A DNA stretch of 59,525 nucleotides from a virus (taxonomy: Duplodnaviria > Caudoviricetes): the IMG/VR virus record IMGVR_UViG_3300022214_000006, positions 1-59,525 of that record; one strand, 5' to 3'. Positions 47,897 to 54,956 of this stretch are shown here, one piece after another. The position numbers and the translations under genes are program-made. Below the pieces are notes generated by a model that did not search any database, was not told where the DNA came from, and worked only from the letters and a program-made list of their open reading frames with translations. Within the stretch, counting starts at the first letter, position 1; every line of letters begins with the position of its first letter.

Positions 47897-48062
47897 GTTA
47901 GCCCCTTTTAAAATGAGTTAACGAATGATAACCGAACTTGAAGATTTTGTCAAGCCTGTATTTGTTACAGTTAATGTAAAGCATTAACTTCCATCCGTGA
48001 TTTTTTAGGATGCTATATAAAATTGCAATGTATTAAAATCAACAGCTTACGAATTATTTGCC

Positions 48063-48114
48063 GATATAGGCGACATTAGAAAGAAAATATCTTGTCGCCT
48101 ATATCATGTTCGAC
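48063..48114 (+). other. attI-like left boundary of the cassette array
   Basis: GTTCGAC core (48108-48114) is complementary to R'' of the first attC but is not itself part of an attC; preceded by a 13-bp inverted repeat. Confidence 0.45.
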
Positions 48115-48118
48115 ACCT

Positions 48119-48319
48119 TCATGGTTGAGCAAACGGAGTTGGCGGTATCCAGTTACCATCGCACATCTTTCCAGATATTGCGGCTTCCCATGCTCGCTTA
48201 AAGCCAGCCTGAAACACCACGCGCCTATCTCTGTTGTCGATCTGTGGGCGTGCTGCAAAATACTCGTCCTCGGCAACTATGCAGTTGGCCTCCATTAGTG
48301 CATTGTCTCGTTCGTTCAT
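48119..48319 (-). CDS. Cassette 1: hypothetical protein
   Basis: RBS AAAGGA; 'ED.YFAARPQID...R.VF.AGF.RAWE'. Confidence 0.7.
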   Translation of the reverse strand: MNERDNALMEANCIVAEDEYFAARPQIDNRDRRVVFQAGFKRAWEAAISGKMCDGNWIPPTPFAQP

Positions 48320-48348
48320 TTCAATCCTTTCTTCGTAGAACGGGCGGT

Positions 48349-48413
48349 GTCGAACCCGTCAATCAACCCGGACTCCGCAAAAGCGCGGAGCCGGTTATTT
48401 CTGTTCGTTATGC
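48349..48413 (+). repeat. attC site 1
   Basis: GTCGAAC ccgtc AATCAACC ... GGTTATT tctgttc GTTATGC. Confidence 0.88.
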
Positions 48414-49153
48414 CCCTCAATCCGATTCCGCGCAATCTCAAAGTATTTTTGGTCTTGCTCTATCCCGATAAAGTTGCGCCCTGTATTTAGGCAAGCTACG
48501 CCCGTCGTGCCGCTCCCCATCGTGTTGTCCAGCACAGTCTCACCCTCGTTCGTGTAGGTCTTGATGAGGTACTCGCACAGGGCTACAGGCTTCTGGGTGG
48601 GGTGGAGCTTGGCATTTTCTTTGGCGAATTCCACGATCTGCTTAGGATAGTTTGTGAATTCTTGGAAGTGTTCCGCTGAGTGCGATTTTCGCGCAGGTGC
48701 GTTATCCCTACCTAGATTCTTCGGGCGAGTTGTGTCCACCGTCTTGCCGTAGGGTATCAAACCTTGCGGGAAATAAGGCATGTTATTTTTAGACCCATTC
48801 GCTGTCATGCCATCACTGAAAACACAAATGGTTTCGTAGCTCTTTAGCGGCTTGAGTTTCGCGTTCACGAATCCGCTAGTGTTCTTTTTATCCCACACCC
48901 AATCATACTTAAATCCCGCCAAGTTGGATAAACGCATCACACTAGAAAAAGGTTCTTCACCGAACAACACTATCGCCCCGTTCTTCTTTATCAACCGTTT
49001 ATATTGCTCCCACAGTGGCTCAAACGGAATTACCGTATCCCACTTGCACGCGGTCGTGCCGTATGGCAGGTCGCACAAGATCATATCTACCGATCCATCG
49101 GGTATCTGTGCCATCAAATCGAGGCAATCCCCCTGCCACAGCGTAAGGGGCAT
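48395..49153 (-). CDS. Cassette 2: DNA N6-adenine/N4-cytosine methyltransferase (start 49153, or further upstream within attC2)
   Basis: 'DMILCDLPYG', 'HPTQKPVAL', 'VLDNTMGSGTTG'; stop lies inside attC1. Confidence 0.9.
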   Translation of the reverse strand: MPLTLWQGDCLDLMAQIPDGSVDMILCDLPYGTTACKWDTVIPFEPLWEQYKRLIKKNGAIVLFGEEPFSSVMRLSNLAGFKYDWVWDKKNTSGFVNAKLKPLKSYETICVFSDGMTANGSKNNMPYFPQGLIPYGKTVDTTRPKNLGRDNAPARKSHSAEHFQEFTNYPKQIVEFAKENAKLHPTQKPVALCEYLIKTYTNEGETVLDNTMGSGTTGVACLNTGRNFIGIEQDQKYFEIARNRIEGHNEQK

Positions 49154-49230
49154 AACTTTACGGTCAAGCGGACTTGCCGCCTGCGTCGCTTCGCTCCTAG
49201 TCGTCAATCCGCTTACCTCCATCGTTAGGC
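49150..49230 (+). repeat. attC site 2
   Basis: GCATAAC tttac GGTCAAGC ... GCTTACC tccatc GTTAGGC. Confidence 0.88.
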
Positions 49231-49475
49231 CTACCATACATATAGTTTATGTGGCAGACTCCCTCATTAAATGTCATTGGTCGAGATGTGCTTTTTGTAC
49301 CTTCTCGCAATTTCATCCACCCACCCCATGATTCAACATAAAATTGCCAATACCCATCCATCCATTTATACGGGTTCCTTGGCAGGCTTGTTATTATTTT
49401 TTCTTTATCGCCTAACCCTGCGTTGAACCCAGACCCGCCGATACGTGCTTCGTTTTTAGTTTTTTGGTTTTTCAT
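49197..49475 (-). CDS. Cassette 3: hypothetical protein
   Basis: RBS GGAG and ATG inside the attC3 loop; stop inside attC2. Confidence 0.6.
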   Translation of the reverse strand: MKNQKTKNEARIGGSGFNAGLGDKEKIITSLPRNPYKWMDGYWQFYVESWGGWMKLREGTKSTSRPMTFNEGVCHINYMYGRPNDGGKRIDD

Positions 49476-49534
49476 AGTTCAAATCTCCGTTTCAAGTTTT
49501 CTAATCGGCGGGCTGGTTAACTGGTATGTTGGGC
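49410..49534 (+). repeat. attC site 3 (long, 125 bp)
   Basis: GCCTAAC cctgc GTTGAACC ... GGTTAAC tggtat GTTGGGC. Confidence 0.85.
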
Positions 49535-49535
49535 A

Positions 49536-49745
49536 TCATCCACCCATACCTCCATCACCCATGCACTCACCATTGCATTCGCGGTCAAAGCAAACAGAGC
49601 AGGGCTCGCTATCGACTTCTTCTTCGCTGCTATCGTTTACAACCTCTTGGCAGTTTATTCCTCCGCAGCTTCCACATTGGGTATGGGTAAGCGCGACCAT
49701 CGGGCCTCGCCAAGTTACATGTCCACCACATAAAGAGCAAATCAT
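49536..49745 (-). CDS. Cassette 4: small Zn-ribbon protein
   Basis: 'MIC..CGG.V.W.GP...LTHTQC..CG..NCQ'; RBS AAAGGA. Confidence 0.7.
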   Translation of the reverse strand: MICSLCGGHVTWRGPMVALTHTQCGSCGGINCQEVVNDSSEEEVDSEPCSVCFDRECNGECMGDGGMGG

Positions 49746-49774
49746 AGTACGTTCCTTTCTTCGTTAATCGTTAT

Positions 49775-49839
49775 GCCCAACCCTGCGCTCAAGCGGGATC
49801 GCACAAAATCGTGCGACCCCTTAGCTTGATATGTTCGGC
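49775..49839 (+). repeat. attC site 4
   Basis: GCCCAAC cctgc GCTCAAGC ... CCTTAGC ttgatat GTTCGGC. Confidence 0.88.
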
Positions 49840-50063
49840 GTCTTGAGCATAGCCGCATCAATCGCCTCTTCTGCGGTTGAGAATCGCTTGCCGTCCAAAT
49901 ACCAGCAGCAATTTCCACCTTGATGTGGCATTCCATGTTCAAGAACGTGGCGGTATCGTTCAGAGTCAAGTTCAAGTGCCGCAGCTCGATCCGCATACCC
50001 ATTGAGTGCGCTCCCGAAGTCTCCGCATTCGTGGTCTTGTTTTAATTGCTCGCTAAGTTTCAT
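49821..50063 (-). CDS. Cassette 5: hypothetical protein
   Basis: RBS AGGAG; 'DSERYR...AIDAAM' phage-type motif; stop inside attC4. Confidence 0.7.
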   Translation of the reverse strand: MKLSEQLKQDHECGDFGSALNGYADRAAALELDSERYRHVLEHGMPHQGGNCCWYLDGKRFSTAEEAIDAAMLKTPNISS

Positions 50064-50085
50064 AGTGCTCTCCTGTCAATTAGCC

Positions 50086-50145
50086 GCCGAACCCTTCATT
50101 CAACCCGGACGCGCTGATGCGCGCCGGTTAATTCAAATGTTCGAC
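50086..50145 (+). repeat. attC site 5
   Basis: GCCGAAC ccttc ATTCAACC ... GGTTAAT tcaaat GTTCGAC (classical 59-be-like). Confidence 0.92.
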
Positions 50146-50149
50146 CCCA

Positions 50150-50308
50150 TCAATTTCCAATTGCGCATATTGAAAAATATATCCCTGCAACAAATTCAGC
50201 TACGCCTGTTACGAATATTGCTAAATTACGTTTTCTTATTCCTTGCCCGAAAGAATCACCTGAAAGGATAAGTCCAGCAATACCGATTGAAAAGTTAAAT
50301 ATCATCAT
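50150..50308 (-). CDS. Cassette 6: small two-TM membrane protein
   Basis: RBS GGAG; two hydrophobic segments. Confidence 0.6.
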   Translation of the reverse strand: MMIFNFSIGIAGLILSGDSFGQGIRKRNLAIFVTGVAEFVAGIYFSICAIGN

Positions 50309-50332
50309 CTTGAATCTCCGATTAAAATAGTG

Positions 50333-50393
50333 GTCGAACCCTTCATTCAACACGGACGCGCTGAAGCGCGCCGGTTAATTCAAAATGTTGGGC
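50333..50393 (+). repeat. attC site 6
   Basis: GTCGAAC ccttc ATTCAACA ... GGTTAAT tcaaaat GTTGGGC. Confidence 0.92.
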
Positions 50394-50608
50394 GGCAGCA
50401 ATTGCCCGCATTCTTTACAACGCTTTGGCATCGGTGTGCTGTCGAGGAAAGCAACCCACCCGTGATTGAGGTTTTTCGTTAGGTTTGCGCGCTGCATCCA
50501 CACCCATCCGATGAATTCCATGCTTGATTCTTCCAGCGGCCCGTTATATTTTGTGTGCCTTGCCAATCGCACAGGCCACCAACAAAATTTAGTTTTAAAG
50601 TTGCTCAT
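50375..50608 (-). CDS. Cassette 7: hypothetical protein with C-terminal CxxC
   Basis: RBS AAGGAG; stop inside attC6. Confidence 0.7.
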   Translation of the reverse strand: MSNFKTKFCWWPVRLARHTKYNGPLEESSMEFIGWVWMQRANLTKNLNHGWVAFLDSTPMPKRCKECGQLLPPNILN

Positions 50609-50634
50609 GTGTGGTCTCCTTGTTCAAACGTTAT

Positions 50635-50726
50635 GCCCAACCCGGCGTTGCAGCGAAGCGCGGCCATAAGTCCGGCGGGTGTTATTCTGTTATTTTTTAG
50701 AGCGCTCGCTGAACTCGAGGTTATGC
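50635..50726 (+). repeat. attC site 7
   Basis: GCCCAAC ccggc GTTGCAGC ... GCTGAAC tcgag GTTATGC. Confidence 0.82.
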
Positions 50727-50757
50727 GTCAAGCAGATCATCAATAAATGCTCTCGCG

Positions 50758-51054
50758 TCAGCTCCGGTAAATCCCACGAAATACTCCATCCCGTACTGCA
50801 CCACCATGCACCACCGACGGTGCTCGTAACGTGATGCCGCTCTCCATGATTCCAAGCCAAAACCTCTGTATGTCGTGCTGTAGGCGCTCATATCTCTCTC
50901 CGTGATGCGTATTAAAGGCTTGCCGCGCCCACTTGCCTAAGCACGCATAGGTATTCCCAGTTTCTTTAATCTCTGCTTCAAAGAGTGGTTTAAGATTAAA
51001 TGGCAATGCAATTAATATATCTTTTGCTAGTTTTATTTGCTTTTCGGTAAGCAT
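50758..51054 (-). CDS. Cassette 8 (attC truncated): hypothetical protein
   Basis: RBS GGAGGG before MLTEKQ. Confidence 0.65.
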   Translation of the reverse strand: MLTEKQIKLAKDILIALPFNLKPLFEAEIKETGNTYACLGKWARQAFNTHHGERYERLQHDIQRFWLGIMESGITLRAPSVVHGGAVRDGVFRGIYRS

Positions 51055-51086
51055 GGTCCCTCCAAAATAAAGACGTATAACCCTAC

Positions 51087-51126
51087 TTAAGAACACCCAT
51101 TATACCAGAACTGTAAAAATCTGCAA
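51087..51126 (-). promoter_or_regulatory. Repeated phage promoter, copy 4, reading into the cassette array
   Basis: TTGCAG-N16-TATAATGGGTGTTCTTAA. Confidence 0.75.
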
Positions 51127-51134
51127 GCACTTTC

Positions 51135-53078
51135 TCAACCTTGTGCGATTATGTGCTGCTGCAACTGTTCAATATATTCTTCATCGGTATCTGGGAGGGC
51201 TTCAGAGCCTGTCAGACTGGCTTTGAAGGTCTCCAGTAGATATGATAGTTCATTGAGTCGTGCGGCTTCCGCAGGGTCTCCAATTTCAGGAATTTCGTCG
51301 AGAATACGGGTGATCTCATAGTCTGCACGTGTTTTGGCTGTGTATCTGCCGCTGTTATCTATCCACGGGCGGTCATCTGGCGACTCCTTATAATAGTCTA
51401 GCAGTCCTTGGTAGAACGGCAGGGTCAGCAGGTCTAATGAACCTTGGGCGGCGGCTAACTTCTCTTCGGCGCGGCGGGATTTTTCGGAGGCTATTGCCGA
51501 GATTATAAAATTGCTGATATTTTTTATATCTGTCGTAACATTCTCGAATCTGCTTACAGACCATTTCAACACTTTGTCTTCAGGTTGTTTATACACGGCT
51601 GCAAAGAACGCTTTGATAGTCATCTGCTTATTTTGGTAAATAATTTGATCTGTCGAATAAACGTTCAGCATTTCCATCATGTCAGATACTGTTACGTAGC
51701 TGTTGACATACTCACCGTCTTTAATGTCTTCGCAGGCTTCAAGGAATAGCTGCACGTTTTCGGCACGTCTTGACTCATCTTTAAGTGTATCCTTATCTAT
51801 GTTCTTGCAGTAGTACTCCCACAAGTCGAATCTTTTGTATATTGTCGGCAACACGCGCTCGACTTCACTGTTTAGGTAGTCTTCGGTGAACTGGTCATAG
51901 TCTTCTTCCTTTATATCTGATGGTATCAGTCCTTGCATTGTCACATAATCAATCTTTTTCTGCGCAGATGTTGCGTGTTCGCTTGTTCGACACGAATTAA
52001 TCAGCAGTTCATAATAGTCTTGGTCTACACCGTCTTCCCCAGTCAAGGCTTTATATGTAGCTCGTGCTGCGGCTGTCTCCATATTAAACATTTGTGTTAA
52101 CGTCTTACCATCGTAGTCCCTTGGCTGCGGGCGAGGCGGGAAATACTTGGCGGCAGTATCCTTGAACTTTTGTTTCTTTTCTGCAATGGTTAATGATTTC
52201 GTAGGTTGTGTTGTGGTGGGGGCTAATTGTTGGATGGTTACGCCGGTGTATAATTGCTGCATTGTTGGGAGTTTCGACACCTTCTTAGCTAATACCGCAA
52301 GTGATGCATCACTACCGTCACCCATTAGAAAGTCAATCAGGTGATCTTTATCTGCACAGTTGCACAGTGTCAGGAATTGCTTGAAGTTCTTTTTCTTATA
52401 TATCCTGCGGAGGTCTAGTTTATCATAATCTATGGTTTCATAGGTTAGGGCAGGTTCTTGTGGTGCCGCAACTTTTTCAGGTTCTAATATCTCACAACAT
52501 TGCTGCCGATACAACGCTAAACTACGCTCGACACCCGCCTGCCCATCAGGATGCTTTATGGTTAAACCTTTCGTAAAACGATTCATGACTTCATCTGAAT
52601 GTGAATACTTAGTGTGTGTATGTTTAGCCATATCTGCACTTATCAACTGTTTCAATACAGGTATTAGATGTTTTGCATTATAGTAAGGCTTCGCCGCGAA
52701 TAAACTATCTTTTTGAAACATCATCGGGTGGTGCGCAGGGATTATACCTTGCCTTGCAATTTCAGTATCTATAATACTTACAGGAAAACCAGAGAACTCA
52801 TGAACCATTTGCACTGAGAATAAAATATCTTTAATGATGGTAAGTTTTATAATGTTGTAGGCGTTAATATCTGCAATCCTAGTTGGTGGAGTTCCGCGAT
52901 ACATTAAGTAGCTACGAAAGCCGTCTTTATCCCACGCAAACATAGCTGATTCTGTATAATAACTCCTCAACTTCAAAAAGTTAATATCATCTGAAAATTC
53001 AGAATTTAGTACGTTTTTTTCTTCTAATTTATAGCGCATTGATGCACTAATGTTGTTAAGTTTACAGAAATATTTCAT
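51135..53078 (-). CDS. Large hypothetical protein (~647 aa)
   Basis: Long ORF; likely start MKYF at 53078 after GGAG; no family recognised. Confidence 0.75.
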   Translation of the reverse strand: MKYFCKLNNISASMRYKLEEKNVLNSEFSDDINFLKLRSYYTESAMFAWDKDGFRSYLMYRGTPPTRIADINAYNIIKLTIIKDILFSVQMVHEFSGFPVSIIDTEIARQGIIPAHHPMMFQKDSLFAAKPYYNAKHLIPVLKQLISADMAKHTHTKYSHSDEVMNRFTKGLTIKHPDGQAGVERSLALYRQQCCEILEPEKVAAPQEPALTYETIDYDKLDLRRIYKKKNFKQFLTLCNCADKDHLIDFLMGDGSDASLAVLAKKVSKLPTMQQLYTGVTIQQLAPTTTQPTKSLTIAEKKQKFKDTAAKYFPPRPQPRDYDGKTLTQMFNMETAAARATYKALTGEDGVDQDYYELLINSCRTSEHATSAQKKIDYVTMQGLIPSDIKEEDYDQFTEDYLNSEVERVLPTIYKRFDLWEYYCKNIDKDTLKDESRRAENVQLFLEACEDIKDGEYVNSYVTVSDMMEMLNVYSTDQIIYQNKQMTIKAFFAAVYKQPEDKVLKWSVSRFENVTTDIKNISNFIISAIASEKSRRAEEKLAAAQGSLDLLTLPFYQGLLDYYKESPDDRPWIDNSGRYTAKTRADYEITRILDEIPEIGDPAEAARLNELSYLLETFKASLTGSEALPDTDEEYIEQLQQHIIAQG

Positions 53079-53102
53079 AACTTTTTTACTCCAAAATTGA
53101 AA

Positions 53103-53151
53103 AATCGTGTCCAAGGTACAAGGAATCGTGTCCAAGGTACAAGGAATCGTG
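53103..53151. repeat. 21-bp tandem repeat (2.3 copies)
   Basis: AATCGTGTCCAAGGTACAAGG x2 + AATCGTG. Confidence 0.9.
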
Positions 53152-53682
53152 GCCGTTGTCAAGACATTTTTAGCGGTTAGTAAAGGAATTATGTCCGTCG
53201 AGATGGTAGTAATTCCTAATGTTTCGGACAAAAGTGTCGGTTGAGAGGCGATGAATTTCCATTAGACGGACATAATTTTGAGTGTTTTCATTATACTTTT
53301 GGACTTTTTCGTGTTTTCGGCACTATCCGAAAATGCTGGAAAATCGAAAAAATTTTAGAGGAATGATGCTGGTATTGGGATTGCAGGTTAGTGGTCGCAT
53401 ACTACGATGAAAATAAGTATAGAGCAAGTTTTTAAAATAATTTTCTCAGATTTGCAGAAAAATATTTTCTGGAACGAGGTTGTACTTATTTATGCATATT
53501 ATGTATAATATATATAATAAGTACATAGGTAACACATTGATTTCATTGCAGTTTTATCGTAAGATGCTGCTGAAAATACATAATATGTGGCTACCTGAAT
53601 CGCTGCAAGGTATGTAAATAAAGGCTTGCAGAGGTGCTTGCAGCCACAAAACTGTGTTATGATGTGTTTTTAGGAGGCACAC

Positions 53683-54039
53683 ATGCGTACTGTTTACAAG
53701 CTGAAAATGACACACAAATTTGCTAAAAAGCACTTCACCTATTTTCCGAAAGGTGGGGTTTTGAAACTACGTGCAGATATTTTAGAGACTCGTTTTATAC
53801 AGAAAACTGCTGAGTGGTGGCAGGAGATGCCAGAGCCTGAAAAAGTTACAACGGTTGTAGCGATCAAAGGCTCACCAGTGGCATTTAAAGCTGATGGGAA
53901 GCTATGGGTGCAGCATAATGGTCTACGATGCCTTGCAACCGACTTCATAGGCTTCCTAAAGTATGGTTGCTGGTTCCGGTACGATCCGAAAGATGGTGAT
54001 TATTGCAATTTACGATGGAGTAATCTTAGGAGGTCTTAG
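53683..54039 (+). CDS. Degenerate HNH-like protein
   Basis: RBS AGGAGG; C-terminal 'KDGDYCNLRWSNLR' resembles HNH_3 'DG...N....NL' but the catalytic His is not visible. Confidence 0.5.
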   Translation: MRTVYKLKMTHKFAKKHFTYFPKGGVLKLRADILETRFIQKTAEWWQEMPEPEKVTTVVAIKGSPVAFKADGKLWVQHNGLRCLATDFIGFLKYGCWFRYDPKDGDYCNLRWSNLRRS

Positions 54040-54241
54040 ATTTTGAGTGTTTTCAGATAGTTGCAGCAGCCTTCTACACCAGATTCTACATAATACTTGA
54101 GTGTTTTGTTAAGTTTCGTTTGACATAAAATGTATTATTGTCACTAGAATCTACATACACTTTCCAAAGTAAGTTTATGATTCTTCTATGTTTTCTATAA
54201 ATAATCTTAAAACGTTGACAATTATCAAGAAAATAAATCGC

Positions 54242-54434
54242 TAGACAGATTCAAATAATTTTGGTATAATATAAGGTTTGAAAACTATTTACTTGACAAA
54301 CTAGAAAATTTTTGGTACAACCTAGCTGCCAAATAGTTATTTAGTCACATCCGTTATATGCTCATCGTCTGGTTTTAATACCGGATAACTGTTTGGCGAC
54401 AGGTGAGCATATAACGGATGTTTTTGTTTAGGAG
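54242..54434 (+). promoter_or_regulatory. Tandem promoters + structured leader of the GIY-YIG gene
   Basis: TAGACA-N17-TATAAT and TTGACA-N17-TACAAC; stem 54347-54366/54402-54421; cross-pairing 54328-54340 with 54385-54397. Confidence 0.65.
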
Positions 54435-54440
54435 TAAGAA

Positions 54441-54956
54441 ATGCAATTAGGAATAATTTATAAGTATACGTGTAATGAAACAGGAAAGTCGTACATTGGT
54501 CAAACTATAAACCCTGAAGCTAGAAACCAAAGTCATTACCATGACATTAAAGGTGGTACAACTACATTGTTTGCAAAAGCAGTTACAGAATATGGTTGGC
54601 GGAATTTTGAATATGAGATTTTATGGTGCGGAGATGCATTGAAGTTAGATATGATGGAGTGTGATTACATAGATAAATTTGACACATACCGAAATGGTTA
54701 TAATTCTACACAAGGTAATAGATCAAAACCTAAAACATGTAAGGTTAAATGCAAACCTAGCAATAATATAGTTTTTAAAGATGGACTGCCGGAAAATTTG
54801 GATGATTATATAATGTCAATTGAGGCAGAAATATTAATTAAAGCCCTTAAATTATCTGGGGGAAATCAGACAAAAGCAGCAGATTTGCTAGGTATAACTT
54901 TTAGAGTGATAAGATACAAAATAGAAAAATATTCTTTGAGAGAACAAATAATTTAG
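54441..54956 (+). CDS. GIY-YIG endonuclease fused to a Fis-type HTH
   Basis: 'GIIY.......K.YIGQT.....R...H', 'E..YI.......NGYN'; C-terminal 'E..ILI.AL....GNQTKAA.LLGITFR.IRY.I.KY'. Confidence 0.85.
   Translation: MQLGIIYKYTCNETGKSYIGQTINPEARNQSHYHDIKGGTTTLFAKAVTEYGWRNFEYEILWCGDALKLDMMECDYIDKFDTYRNGYNSTQGNRSKPKTCKVKCKPSNNIVFKDGLPENLDDYIMSIEAEILIKALKLSGGNQTKAADLLGITFRVIRYKIEKYSLREQII

Larger units (their letters stand above)
48108..51081 (+). mobile_element. Integron-type gene cassette array without integrase in the window (CALIN-like): 7 attC sites, 7-8 cassettes
   Basis: Each site has R''(..AAC)-5 nt-L''(8)-variable stem-L'(7)-spacer-R'(GTT..); each R'' complements the previous R'. Confidence 0.88.

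Noticed and set aside
48852-49767. Plus-strand ORFs as canonical-orientation cassette genes
   Set aside because: They are shadows of the minus-strand MTase and Zn-ribbon genes, cross attC sites and lack RBSs.
48349-50726. CRISPR array or REP-like repeats
   Set aside because: The repeats vary in length (60-125 bp) and sequence, are separated by whole ORFs and follow attC box grammar; no cas operon is present.
53079-53231. N-terminal extension of the large ORF including 'TIPCTLD' repeats
   Set aside because: It translates the 21-bp DNA repeat; a better ATG with GGAG lies at 53078.
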